Shown: piece after piece, positions 24,707-38,443 of the stretch
Position numbering within the stretch: position 1 is the stretch's first letter
Layout of the letters: each line of letters starts with the position of its first letter
Source of the DNA: Podarcis gaigeae
Taxonomy: Eukaryota
Assembly: GCA_964106915.2 (NCBI GenBank)
Contig: OZ066923.1
Direction: 5' to 3' (one strand)
Length of the DNA: 64,000 bases
The notes under the pieces: generated by a model
Told to the model about the DNA's origin: nothing
Database searches by the model: none
What the model saw: the letters and a program-made list of their open reading frames with translations, nothing else
Program-made: the position numbers and the translations under genes

Positions 24707-25930
24707 TTCCAAACAATCTTTCTGAGGTTTCAAAAGTTTCTGAGTTTTTCTTTTCTACTCCATTGTTTATCTCCTTTGATTCAAGCCTAAAGAGGTGGGG
24801 GATGAAGACTTCCTGGAGATGGAGTTTCTGCAGTTGGTCCATTAGATTGAAATTAAGTGTTGGCTAGTGCTAAGAAAAATATACTTTAGAGTAAGATTTG
24901 GCAGGACAAGGATTTGCTTAACATAATTCAGAGCTTGCATTTCCAGTTTATGGTTCTATAGTATGCATGGAGTCCCGAGGCAATAAGATGCCTTAAAGTA
25001 ATACATTGGTTCTTCTTAGAGGAAAAATGAGAACTTTGACCAGCAGCCAAAAATTTGTCCAGTGATTTCAAGTCAATATATAAAATTCAGCCTCTGTCCC
25101 TGTTCTCTTCGACTCCTTGCACCCTGCTTCCCAATATCACATGTCTTTAGGTCCCTTGCCTGCTGCCAACAACACATGTATTTCAAGGCCCAAGATTGAG
25201 AGGTTTTTTCCTACGGTAACTACAGTATCTCTCTCTTTCTGCTAAAGTGCATTGCTGCTAATATTCTCATTGTTGCTAACAACATCTTCTAAACAATCAG
25301 AATGTTTATGAACATCCTATTACCTCACAAGCTCAGCAAGTTTCTTACAGGAGAAGGTAGTGATAGCTGCTCATGCTCTAGCCCTCATACTGAGAAACAG
25401 AACCTAGTATGTAACTATACAGAAAGGGACAATCTTGATTCTAAATAAATGGAGCAAGGATAGCAAACGTGGTACAATCCAGATATTGTTGCACTACGAC
25501 TCGCAGTATTTTTGACCAATGGTCATGCTGGCTGGGGCTATTGGGGGTTAGAGTCTTAACAATATCAGGAAGACACTGTGTTGGCTAACCCTGAACTCCA
25601 TCAAAGGTGTGGAGCAGATTTAACCTCTTCCTCGGTGTTCCCTGAGTGAACCCCCTTAATTCTAAATAAGTATGTAAGAGCCATTCACTGCTATTGAGAG
25701 AAGTAAAGCACTGCACTAAGGGAGCCAAACTTGTCTTCCACTATTGATACCTAATGAGCTGTTCCTCTAAAACTGGGGTTTTTCATGCAAGCCAAGTGTG
25801 GATTTTTGCACAAAGTAACACAACAATGTTTGTGCATGCACATGTACACAAATACACAATCCTTCCAGTGCACAAGCCCCTCCCTTCCATACTACTAAAG
25901 AGCTGGAAACATGGAGGACAGGTTTAAGGG

Positions 25931-26130
25931 NNNNNNNNNNNNNNNNNNNNNNNNNNNNNNNNNNNNNNNNNNNNNNNNNNNNNNNNNNNNNNNNNNNNNN
26001 NNNNNNNNNNNNNNNNNNNNNNNNNNNNNNNNNNNNNNNNNNNNNNNNNNNNNNNNNNNNNNNNNNNNNNNNNNNNNNNNNNNNNNNNNNNNNNNNNNNN
26101 NNNNNNNNNNNNNNNNNNNNNNNNNNNNNN
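25931..26130. other. Assembly gap (200 N) with duplicated flanks
   Basis: 25702-25930 is repeated at 26131 to about 26354. Confidence 0.97.
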
Positions 26131-27189
26131 AGTAAAGCACTGCACTAAGGGAGCCAAACTTGTCTTCCACTATTGATACCTAATGAGCTGTTCCTCTAAA
26201 ACTGGGGTTTTTCATGCAAGCCAAGTGTGGATTTTTGCACAAAGTACACAACAATGTTTGTGCATGCACATGTACACAAATACACAATCCTTCCAGTGCA
26301 CAAGCCCTCCCTTCATACTACTAAAGAGCTGGAACATGGAGACAGGTCAAGGGGACACAAACTGTTAAATCCATATCAAAAAAGTTTCCAGGGGTTTATT
26401 TTCAACTTTAAGAATATCCCACAGAAATAAATATGCATCCACTGTTTTTTATTAATACCTGGTCAATGAGAATGATGTGTAGCCCTCTTGCTTGTGGTAT
26501 ATTTCTAATGTTGCTTCTGTTCTGAATCTGTTGTCCCACCTTTATTCTCCAAATCAGATAATAATTTTATCACGGTGGCAACACTTTCTATTTCTCAAAC
26601 ATGGCAAGGCTGCCGGAGTTCAGGAATGAACTGGTTTTGGCAGTAGTCAGCTTTGGAAGGGGTTTCTTTAAAATATTATTGGTTCAGCTCACTCTCGAGA
26701 CTGTGGGAGAATTTCATACTCCTAGTTTTTCTTTGCAAATTTGCAAACTAATTAAATGAACACTGGAAAACTTTTCTTTTTGTCATGCACTCCTTGTCAT
26801 TGAAAGTAATAGCAATAAAAGGCACGTGGAAGGCCTTGAGAACACTGAACTCCTAAAACACCTCTGGTCCTGGATGGTAAAATAGTTTGCACCTTGAATA
26901 AATAGCATTGCTTTGCCAAGTGCTACAGAAACCAGCAATAAAGCCAGATACTTTCTTCCTTCGCTTCATCTGACTATTCAGCTAACAATCGGTGTTGATT
27001 AAATACTATGCACTTAGCACTAGACTTGCTGAGTTTCATGATAAACATTGACAGTGTGTACCTCTGTTGTGCACATAGTAGAATGTGGTACGTTATCTCC
27101 TTTGCATCCGCAATCATATTAAAGATCCTCAGCATGTTGCTTAAAACTGTCTGTATCCAGCTAGACCATAGACAGCATCCTATGATAAA

Positions 27190-27372
27190 TCAGATCATAG
27201 AATTGATTGTAGAGTTGGATGTGATCCCAAGGGTCATCTTGTCCAAACCCTTGCAATGCAGGAATCTCAACTAAAGCATCCATGACAGATAGCCATCCAA
27301 CCTGTGCTTTAAAACCTCCAAGGAAGGGGAGTCCACACTGTCAAACAACTCTTACTGTCAGAATATTCTTCC
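27190..27372 (-). mobile_element. CR1 LINE 3' end fragment
   Basis: Similar to 41816-42010 (gggtcatc...aacccc.tgcaatgcaggaat...ccatccaacct). Confidence 0.7.
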
Positions 27373-28529
27373 AGATTATCTGGCTCAGTATTGCCTATAC
27401 CAGAGATGGGAGAAATGTGATCCTCCAAATGTTGCTGGACTCACTCCCATGATCCCTACTCAGCATGGTCTGTGGTCAAAGATGATGGGAGCTGGAGTCC
27501 AGTAACATATGGAGGGCCACAGTTTCCTCCATCCTTGTTATGTCTGTTTCACACATAACAGGCTTGGGAATTGGTCCAAAACTAACAAAATGAATTTCAA
27601 TGTAAGGTTCTACACTTAGGCAGGAAGAACCAGCATGCCCTATATAAGATAGGCAAGTAGTCCAGCTTTCTAGCTTTCATTTCTTTTCCTCTCAGCTTTA
27701 TAAGCTTACAGCCACCTCCATGGAACAGGGGCTTCGAAAGATAGAACCACAACTATAGTTAGTGAATTCAGACAACATGCCAAACCACAGTTTGCTAAGC
27801 CCACCTAAAAACGCAGTTTGCAAACCCAACCCAAGCCATGGATTCGGATTCTGAGTGTGGGCCAGTTGCAAAACCAGAAGAATCTGCCTTATACCAGGTC
27901 AAGACTACTGCGGTTGATGAGAGGTCTTGCCCATCACCGGCCATCTGATGTTTTTAAGTGGAGATGCCAGGAATTCTAAATTCAAAGCATGTTCTCTACC
28001 ACTGAGCTATGGTGCTTACCAATTCAACTTGAGCCAGTATGGAAATGAGTTTGCATTAGGCCTGCTTTAGTTGCTAATTTGAAAAATTAAACTTGCATGA
28101 TGAACCATCAATGCTATTAGAAGTCTATGGAATCCCCTTTTATTTAGTATTGTCAGCTTTTAGACACTGTTCATGAGAGTGCCTAAGGCAAGATTTGAAA
28201 CACACAAACTTCTATGAATAAAAATTAACTTTTGCTACAATCCTTCCCTGTCTCCTCCTTCCTCTCCCTTTTCTGTCATAAAAGGCCTAGTGATCCAAAC
28301 GGAAGCTCTGGGATAACCTTCTAAACACATAACACATAAAGGGGAAAGATCTGCAGGTATTAAGATAGATACATCACAAACTATAGGGAAGGCCCTTCAC
28401 ACTGTGGCACATAATCCCTTTCCTTGCAGCTGCATCCCTTGCTGCCATCATAAAATTTGAAATACAAACATTACTTTCTCACTTCTTTAATGTGCTCTTC
28501 TGCAGTAAAGTGTGCAAGGAGCTCTATAC

Positions 28530-28746
28530 CAGGGGTCAGCAAACTTTTTCAGCAGGGGGCCGGTCCACTGTCCCTCAGACCTTGTGGGGGGCCGGACTAT
28601 ATCTTTTGAATTCCTATGCCCCACAAATAACCCAGAGATGCATTTTACTCATGTAAAAACACACTGATTCCCAGACCGTCTGCGGGCCGGATTTAGAAGG
28701 TGATTGGGCCGGATCCGGCCCCTGAGCCTTAGTTTGCCTACCCATG
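28530..28746. mobile_element. hAT (Charlie-like) MITE, 217 bp
   Basis: Imperfect terminal inverted repeats CAGGGGTCAGCAAACT and CATGGGTAGGCAAACT; perfect 8-bp duplication CTCTATAC (28522-28529, 28747-28754). Confidence 0.92.
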
Positions 28747-31700
28747 CTCTATACATTCAAATCAAAATGCACCTCACCATGAGGCAATGGTTTTATGTTT
28801 ATAACATACTTCTCCTGCTTCTACATTTCAAAACATCTTGCCAGAAATATCAGCTTCACCTAAAAAAAAAAATGCAACCCAAAACCCGCCATAAAACATA
28901 CAAAAAGAATTGAAATAAAATCAGCAGCATGAGCAAAACACGTATCAGCTGCAAGTAACCTCTACCTCATCTTCAAACCCCCTGAAATAAAAGTTTTTAC
29001 AGAAAAGCAAGAGACCAAGAGTCAGGGGGCCAAATGAGCATCCTGGGAAAGAGAATTCCAAAGCCTGACTTCAGTGGCCCTTCCCCACATACACACACAC
29101 CCATGTAACCTGAGAAGACCATATATGAAGCTGCCTCATTCTTAGCTCCATCTAGCTCAGAATTTTCTGGCAATGCTACTGTACGGTTGTAGATGGGGGT
29201 CTTTCCCAGTCTTACATATAAATGCCAGGGATTGAACCTGTAACCTTCTGTATGCCAGAGCTATGGCTGAGCCTATGGCCTCTCTGAAAAGGCAGCAGGA
29301 CAGAGCTTGGGACTCAGCTGAAGACTAAGTGAGAAAGTAGGTTTCATATGTGCAAAGGCAGTTCTTAAGGTATCTTCCACCCCAGGTCATGTAAGGTTTC
29401 AAATGCACTTGGAATTGGGTTTATGTAAGGTTTATCAGCACTTGGAATTGGGCCCAGAAGCAATTATGGAGCCAGTTAAGTTAGTTTTGGAGTCCACATT
29501 CCTCCTATAGACAAGGCTGTTTTGATAACCTGCACCAATATCAAAAATACATCCTGTGAAGTAATACAGAAAAATGAATTAATACAGTGAATTAAAACAA
29601 CAAAGAAACAGCCATAGATAAAGACTGTGTTTATCTAGAATATAGCAACTCCCCCGTGTTTCTAGTTTGTCACAAGTATGTGTGTGAACAGTCATATAAG
29701 TACTGTAGTTAATGAAGTAACACACACACACAGTCTCAAGGATATAGATATGTATTATGGTGCAGTATATTTACTTTAAACTCTTTTAATATTTAAAAAA
29801 ACTCAGAGCAACAATAAAGCAGTATCATAAAAAATGGATGCAAACACTTCTCATAGTCTACTGAGGCTAAAGGGCTCAAGCCTGGGACTAGGCCAGAGGG
29901 AGAGAGCTGAACCAGCATAGGGTAGTTGCTAGGCAACTGGTGACATTCATTCTCTAGTACTTCTCCCATGCTTTGTAAACAGGCCTTGTGCTAAACTGTT
30001 TTTGGGGAGACAAGGAATAGATAGGATATGATGGGGCAGAATGTAAAGGTTGCCAAGTACCTGGATATTTTTTTTTTTAAATCTGGTGTCTAGAAACTCA
30101 ACTCATCAATTTAAAGGTACAGACACTAGATTGCAAACTCTGCTTAAAGTAACTAATTGACTCTGCACTCCTATATACATTTAACTGGGAATAAGCCAGA
30201 TTTGACTCAGTGCAAGTTACTTTTGAGTAGACATACATAGGGCTATGCCGTTAGTATTACAACTGCTGAATGCCCTTCAGAGGGCGAGGGCACCAGAAGT
30301 TGAGACTTTTGACACACCTTCTCCATCTGGGGTAAGTGATAATGTAAACCAGGGGCATCCATTTTCTTCTGTTGAGCGTGGCCTCATTCTGCAAAGGTTG
30401 GTCGGTAGGGGCCAGAGAGGTGTATAGCCACACAGGAGTCAGGATGAATAATATAATTGCTGTCTTCTAGCACAGCGGTGGGCAGAATTATCTACTGGTA
30501 GATCTCCGGGTAATTTCAATTTGATCTTACTTCAACAACAAAAATGCTACCCCCTGCTAAATTATACTGGTGAAATGAAGGAACTGTGTTGCAGGAGAGG
30601 GGATACTTTTGGGTGGAACGACTTGTGACTCAGTCCAATTCTATCATCATCACTATCATTTTATGCTATTAGGAAGTATTTGCCAAAATAAAAGCAATTA
30701 CTGGAGAAAACATCTCTAAATGTCCAGAGTCTATGCAGCTCAGTCTTTTCATGGGAGAAAATATTAACTTACAGCTCAAACCTCTAATAAGTTCTCTTTT
30801 ACTAGCATAGCAGACAGGCTCATAATAACAAGATACTGGAAAAACTGACTAACAAAATAAAATTGCACAAGGTTTGAAGCTCAAAGACTCATTTGCAACT
30901 GAATGGTACAGCTTTGTTATGTACATGTCTCCCCTCGCATTATAAAACCTTCCAGTTAACATAAATTATTTATCACCTTCTATACAAATGGTAGTCTGGA
31001 ACAAGAACTTATTATGTCATTTGGATGTTATTTTGCACGTATTGCCTATACACCATCTTCTGGACTCAGTCCAGTTCAAAACAAATTCCTGGGTTCAACA
31101 TTTTTATTACAGTATTATTTTATTTTAGTGTATATATTTCACACGAGGCTTGGTGGATCTTGGGGTTCAAATAAAAATACAAAATATATAATGCAAGCCT
31201 GACATCAGCCTAGCCCTAGCAAATAGGGGACTTTATGGTAGTCAAAGACAGGATGATGATATAACAAAGCAGTGCTGCACATAGACCCTCTTCATATGTT
31301 CCTAAAATCTATTCATGTGGTGATATGTGTGCTTCCCCTCCACACACACCTACTTACACTGAGTGGGAAGAAGAATTTCAGGAGAATTGTAAGTGTATTC
31401 AACTAAATGTGCTTGTTCCTCATTGTGATCAGGAACCCTGTGCCATCAGAATTCCCAATCACAGGGGCACAGTGGGATAGGGCCGCTGCCAGTAGCCCCC
31501 TTACCAAGAATGGAGAACTTGTGGCTCTCCAAATGATGTTAGATTACACCTTCCACTATCCCTTACCACTGGGGCTAATGCGAGTTGTGGTACAACGAGA
31601 TCTGGAGGCCACAAGTTCTCCTTCCCTGCACTACACAGATAGGCTTCAAGAAAACCCAAATAAGACTTATGTGAAATGACATGGCATCTCACATGTTCTG

Positions 31701-31889
31701 ACAATCTTGCGCCTGGATGATTCTGTGGGTACCTGAAAATAAAAGTGGTGTTTGTGTACACTAGGGGTTGGGGGACATTTTTCAGCCCAAGTGTTACTTA
31801 TCCTTCTAGTCAACCTTCTGCAAGTTATATGCCGGTGACCAGTGGAATCAGAAGCAAAAATGGACAGAATAATTTTAACTAGACTAAGC

Positions 31890-32343
31890 AGTTAGACTGG
31901 TGACTGGATGTGGCTGCCGAAACCTGAAAGACCTACATTGGCTCCCAGTACGTTTCCGAGCACAATTCAAAGTGTTGGTGTTGATCTTTAAAGCCGTAAA
32001 CAGCCTCAGCCCAGTATACCTGAAGGAGCGTCTCCACCCCCATCGTTCTGACTGGACGCTGAGGGCCTTCTGGTGGTTCCTTCACTGCGAGATGTGAGGT
32101 TACAGGGAACCAGGCAGAGGGCCTTTTTGGTGGTGGCGCCCACCCTGTGGAATGCCCTCCCACCAGATGTCAAGGAAATAAACAACTACCTAACTTTTAG
32201 AAGACATCTGAAGGCAGCCCTGTTTAGGGAAGTTTTTAATGTGTGATATTTTATTCTGTTTTTAATCTGTTGGCAGCTGCCCAGAGTGGCTGGAGAAACC
32301 CAGCCTGATAGGCGGGGTATAAATAAATAAACAACAACAACAA
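31890..32343 (+). mobile_element. L2-clade LINE 3' end, 5'-truncated
   Basis: LKDLHWLPVRFRAQFKVLVL is typical of an L2 ORF2 C-terminus; frameshifted; (AAAT)/(AAC) tail. Confidence 0.85.
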
Positions 32344-32989
32344 CTTGGCACAGTAGTGTAGTTTTACACACATCAAACACTCTTCTCCATCCAGGCAAAT
32401 GAGTCATTATGAGAGTTTAACATACCAACCAGGTAAAAACATCCAAGAAAATTAAATGAGTTACAGGTGTGGTCCGGGGCGGTGGGGGGGTGGCGGGGAG
32501 GAGGAGAGAATGACTGGAGAAGAGATGGTGGGCTGGTCAGAGTTCCAAGAGCTATCTCTTGGTATTGTACCTTCGTTGGGATTTGGCTCAGTTTTTTTAA
32601 ATCACAAGATGATGAAGGTGACCTTTCTCAACAAACAAAGCTTTGTTGATTTTTATGGAATTCAATATTTTCTGGATGCCTCTGGCAACCTTACAGAATA
32701 GAATTGTGCACACTGATATTTATTTAGCTGCTATGTGTTTAAAAAGTGCAATGTATTCCTGATATCTATTGACCTTTTTTTTTTTTAAAAAAAGAATGCC
32801 TTATGTATTCTAATTAATCAAGGGATTGGAAGCTTCTATAATGCTTCTGATGTAAATGCAGCCATTGATAGTTTTATTTGGCAGCTGCCCTGATTGAATG
32901 CATTAGATTGGACACTTGTTGAAGCCAATGATTTGAAAGCAACATAACTTGACCGGAGTTTATCAGGTTATGATTTAGGAACACATGTA

Positions 32990-33175
32990 GGCCTTTGCCA
33001 GATCATTGGTCCCTATTGCGTAGCACTGTCTCCTTTGACAGCATCTCTTCATGGTCACAGGCAAAAAACTTTCCCATCTCACCTGCTTTCTGATCCTTTA
33101 ACTGAGGATGCCAGAGATTGACCCTGGAACCATCTGCATGTGAAGCATGTGTTTTATCACTGAGCTGTAGTCCTT
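32990..33175 (-). mobile_element. Old tRNA-derived SINE (Squam2-like); related copies near 27885-28015(-), 29120-29280(-), 35570-35730(-) and 42880-43055(+)
   Basis: gatgccag.gattga.cctgg.acc.tctgcatg...actgagct is the reverse complement of a tRNA-like head. Confidence 0.6.
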
Positions 33176-36100
33176 GTCAGCCATGGTAGAAACTGAAAAA
33201 TGCTAGCCAGTTACGGAGATGTTTTGAGAGGAAGGAATGGGGGAACAATCATATTGTTAATTGATGATTACAGCCAAGCAATGGATCACCAAGGAAAAAT
33301 ATGGAAATTCCCTCTAACCCAAAGTATTTGTCCCCATCCCAATGGGTGGAAAGTAGTCAATACCAGAATTGTTTAGCACAGAACTGAACATCCTGACAAT
33401 TTACTTCCAGCAGAACCTTTTGGGCTTCAAAGTATATGGGTAAAGAGCAGTGCTTGTAAAATATTGGATTCCAGAGGTGGGACTGAGCAGGATGCCCTGT
33501 GGTCAATATTGTGGGGCTTCTGTTCCTGCACCCAGCAGCACAAACAAAACAAATAATTTAAAAGAAGACAATACATGCAAACTAATTGTGTTTGTGCATA
33601 GTTTTGCTCAGCATGGTACAAAACGATCCTTTTTTAAAAGCCCTGATAGGTCTGATGTGGGGAAAATATCTAAGAAAATTCCTTTAAGAATTCTCTTAAT
33701 AGCTTTTCTTGCTTTCCTGTGATCTTCTATCAAACACAGTGGCCTGGTCTGAAGCTGCAAAGATGCAGTTTGACCTCTTCACTTTGCAGTTCTGTGGTTA
33801 GGTTCTTTGTGGGCTTGTTTTCTCTCTACTAAGGCTTGTCTCAGTGGCTTCCACGTCAGATACCAAATGCTGATTTCTACTTCTGATTCCCAGACTATAA
33901 TGTATTCCCAGATTCCAAGTATGATGGCTAAAAGATTGAGCTGTGAAAAAGAATGTCCCTGATTCCACCATGTAAGCCGCTACCTTCTCAGATCTAGCCC
34001 CTACCCCACCTCCATGTCTACAATATATAGATAACACTGGCATTTGTTGTAAGGATTACAGAGAGAATGGCTAGGGTTAAAAGAAAGAAACAAACACTTC
34101 AACCAAGCATGGGAAGTCTTATGAGATCTACTTTAAAAAAACACCCTGAAATGCTGAGTTCTGTCAACTGGTGCCAGGCACAAAATAATCACTGAAGGGC
34201 AGAGCTAGAAACAAAATGGCACAGCCAATTACCTACTTACCCACCCCAGGCACTGGGGTAATTTGCATATGCAATTGACAATATACTTCTGAGTACAGGT
34301 CAGGGATTCTAATTGCCGCCTTTGTTGGGTGGGAAACTTTTTGCTGTGGTTATTGAACACCTGGGAGTCATGAGCTCTTGCTGATCTACAGCAAATTATC
34401 CAGTATTCCTCTTCCTACACTGTAGAAAACCATGTAGACTTCATTGGTTTTTTAAACAGCTAATTTTTTTGCCATATTGCAAATTGCTTTTGAGTTTATT
34501 GTGTTTCACATTCTACTGCTGTTTACGAAAAAGTGTAAAGTCTACTTGATATTGACAAAATTAGCTTCTCAGCCCTTAAGATCCTGGACAAAGTACATGA
34601 GGCCTCTAACACCGACTTCTCTAACCTGGCACTCTCCAGCTATTTTGGACTTCAACTCCCGTCAGCTCCAGCCAGCATAAAGTGTAGTATAAATGCTTAT
34701 GTATGTTCAGAGTTTCTGCCCATCCTAACCCACGCACCTCACAGAAGCAGTAGTTGCTGACTAGCTTCCTACCCTCACTGCAGAACCATTGCAAAGGAGG
34801 CAACAATCCAGTCAGTCCCTGATTTGTTTTGTCAAAATTGCATTGGGGAATGATGGTTGACTTTATGGGTGGGGGTGGTGTTCAGACAAATAGCTGTCAG
34901 TTAGCTTAATTTTTTAAAAAGTCACAGAAAACGGAGATTATTTTAGGAACATTCTATACAAGGGAAAAAGCCAAAGGACACGTCAGAGGAGTGATGTTAT
35001 CTCTGTCCCTGGCATTCCTTCTACCAAGAAGTTGGCTCGGTCAAGGATTGAAATAAATAAATCTTCTGTCAGCTTTCACAAAACAGCCAAGCGGGCTGCA
35101 CACTTATGAAAAACAGCTCCTTTTGGTTGATCTGTGTACTGCTCATCGCCAAATGCTTCCAAAACATAAAACTGTTGAGGAATAAAACACTTGTCTATTT
35201 AAGGATGTTTACATCTTACAACCTGATTTTTTTAACCGCCATATTAGCACATTTACCCATAAAATAATGCAGCAGGATAATAGAACTTTTAAGTGACGCA
35301 TCTGTGTGCAATACTGGTGTAATAGTGGTACTGTATCTGCTTGACTTTAATAGTAAATGGGACAATTATTTAACTTCCTTTGGTGGTGGATGGCTGCATG
35401 GATTGTGAGGTTGTATACTGAATACTTTTTCATATAAAACTACCAAATACTGTCTTCTCAGTTTGCCTTTGCAACAACCCTGATAGGATGATCGCTGTTG
35501 TAACTTGCCCAGAGTGCAAAACCTAGTCACTGGTATAAGATACATATAAATCTGTCTTACAACTAATCAGATTGTTTGGTCCATCTAGGCCAGTGTTGCC
35601 CACTCAAACTAGCAGGATCTCTCCCAAGTTATTGGGCCTTTCAGTTACAGTGATCCTTTTAACTGGACATGTAGATAAAAACTGGAATCTTCAGCAAGCA
35701 TAGCGTATGTTCTACCAGTGAGCTATGCCCTTCCCATTAAGTGTGTCACACTTTTTAACCATAAATGTCTTTTGGCATCAACTACACTATTCAGTATTCA
35801 AAGATTTATGTAAATCATAACTGGGTTATTTGGTATATGTTTGTTGTAGTAACGGAGCCTGAGTAAGATATAAGTGTCTACTGTGTTGACATCAAAAATC
35901 AATTCATATATTATGAAAAAAAAAATTAACACACACAAAAATAGCCATAGATTATAATATAAAAAGATCAACGTACAGACTAAGCCATCTTAAACAATCA
36001 TGTTACCATATTATAGAAATGTGATCCTAACTCCAGTTAGGAGTTTAATTCCAGTTATCAACAGTTAAACTAACCTTTATCAAATGAACATTAACAGGAC

Positions 36101-36749
36101 TATTTATCCAGTTTGTTTCTAAAACTAACCTCATTTCTTGCTCACCACCGTTGTGTTATGAATGTCTTAAACTTGAACTAATTATTGCTTCTTCCTGGAA
36201 TGGTAAAAATACTCCAGTAACTACATATCCTGCCAACAGTCCCCTTTTTATGTGCTCTGGAAACAGGCACATAATTCCAGTGGGGTCATTGCAGTGCAAT
36301 ATAGTTTTGCCTGCACCCTAACACTTAACAAAATCTTGTATCATGTCCTATGCCTGTTGTCTTCCTGCTCTGAATTTTATAGTCCTGTTGCTAGAAACAT
36401 GGAACAGATCAAAACAGAAATTATAACAAAATTTATATGCTAGTGCAAATGTGAACTTGGTCATTATTCAGTCTGTTTTGAAATGTCACATTAATATTAA
36501 GCCCCTGAAAATTTGGGGACAGGAGTCGAGATTTACTGACTTTTAAAATCTTGGTTCTTGCATCACCCAATGCTCTTTCATTACACAAAATTCATTTTGC
36601 ATTTGCTATGTAAGCCAAGATTGATAGACCACATTTCCAGACTATGCCTCCTGGTTCTATGAGTTTGTCATTGGGAGATGACAAAACTCGATTTTGGCAG
36701 AGTCTAGTGATGGTGGTGTTGGCGATGCTGGTTTTTATCATCATTATGA

Positions 36750-36905
36750 GAGGTGGTGGACTCTCCTTTCTTGAAGTTTTTTTTAAGCAGAAGTTAGATG
36801 ACTATCTATCATGTATGATCTAGTTGAGATTCCTGCATAGTAGGGGGTTGGACTAGATGACCCTCATGGTCCCTTCCAACTCTACAATTCTATGGTGCTA
36901 TGATT
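36750..36905 (+). mobile_element. CR1 LINE 3' end
   Basis: gggggttggactagatgacc...ggtcccttccaactctac.attctatg is the canonical CR1 terminus. Confidence 0.75.
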
Positions 36906-37121
36906 TTATTATTATTTACCCTTCATAGCTCTGGTCCAAATACCTAAGAAAATGGAGGGGAAAATATGAATAAGCTTTAATCGGTCATCTTTTTCATAGT
37001 CAGGGTAGTTAATGGATTCACTCAGTGCTCTGTTTAGAGTTGAAAGGGGGATTCTAATCCATGTTAATAAGTGAGAAATGAGGGAAGAAGTGATAGCATT
37101 TCTGTATTTATTAACCCAAAC

Positions 37122-37710
37122 CGTGGTTACCAGAATCCGGGGACACTTTTTTTTTTCTTTTTTTTTAAGCTTAGTAGCAACAGGGAGTCAGTAGTGGGGA
37201 TAGTGAAGCAAAAGACCCTGGGCCCAAGCACACATGCATATTGTATAAAGGTGCAAAGCCCTTCTTTCGCACCCTGTGAAACATAAATGAGCAGAGACTG
37301 GGCAACGGCGTGCCCCGCGCTCGTGACTCCCGAGCCTTCCCCGATCTCTTTCCCCCTTTGTTTTGACAGATCAGGGGAGGCTTGGGAGTCACGAGAGGGC
37401 AGGAGTTGCCCAGGAGGGGCCAGCCTGGTAGTGCAGTTGGCTCTGGCCGGCTTCAGGAGCTGCTCACTGTCGTGGTGCAGGAAAAAATGGTGGGCGCCAC
37501 GGCAGCGAGCAGCGAGCAGCGAGCAGCTCCTGAAGCCAGCCAGAGCCAACTGCACTAAGAGACTGGCTCCAGGCTGCTGAGGCTGCCGCTGCCGTGTTTC
37601 CCAGGGACAGATTTGCAAATCAGGGGATATTCTGATGACGGATTTTGTTCGGGGACAGATTTGCAAATCTGGGGACTGTCCCTGGGAACCGGGGATGTCT
37701 GGCAACACTA
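37122..37710. mobile_element. Non-autonomous hAT (Blackjack-like) element with internal hairpin
   Basis: 8-bp duplication ACCCAAAC (37114-37121, 37711-37718); imperfect ends CGTGGTTACCAGA and TAGTGTTGCCAGA; subterminal gggaca repeats. Confidence 0.8.
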
Positions 37711-37841
37711 ACCCAAACCAATGAGAATAAACATATACATGCATGCAACAGACTGAGGTGGGAGAGCAGACTTGTATACCATTTTTGAATGATCCCCTAG
37801 GTTTAAAAAATACAACAACAACAACAATTGAACTCTAGTAG

Positions 37842-38099
37842 GAAGAAGAAGAAGAAGAAGAAGAAGAGAAGAGGAAGAGTTTGGATTTGATATCCCGCCT
37901 TTCACTCCCTTTAAGGAGTCTCAAAGCGGCTAACATTCTCCTTTCCCTTCCTCCCCCACAACAAACACTCTGTGAGGTGAGTGGGGCTGAGAGACTTCAG
38001 AGAAGTGTGACTGGCCCAAGGTCACCCAGCAGCTGCATGTGGAGGAGCGGGGACGCGAACCCGGTTCTCCAGATTACAACACTACCGCTCTTAACCACT
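37842..38099 (-). mobile_element. Squam3-like SINE, slightly 5'-truncated
   Basis: Reverse complement of 7318-7555 with few differences; (GAA)n tail on +. Confidence 0.88.
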
Positions 38100-38443
38100 C
38101 AGCATAGCAAAGAAAGGGGTTCTTCTTCAGTTTTCTCCTTGGAGGTGGTTGCTCTACCCAACAGTCTCCTCACTGGGCGACATGTGTGGATTAAGCCTAC
38201 ACCTCTTACGTTGCATTACTTGTCAATATAAGGTAGACATTTTCCAGAAACAAAGCAGAAATTCCCTCTTATTAGTTCTTTTTCAAACCCTGCTTTTTAA
38301 TAACAGTTTTCATGGTCAAATCTCTTATTAGGAGAATCAACCAGAATCAAATTTGGCTCATTGATGGAAACAAATACAATGCTTTCACATTCCGGATCAA
38401 TGCTCATAATGCTCTTTTCCCCCTGTTATTTTTTGTTCCCCAG

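Noticed and set aside
37127-37744. 205-aa minus-strand ORF
   Set aside because: Lies within a GC-rich non-autonomous hAT element and has no transposase motifs.
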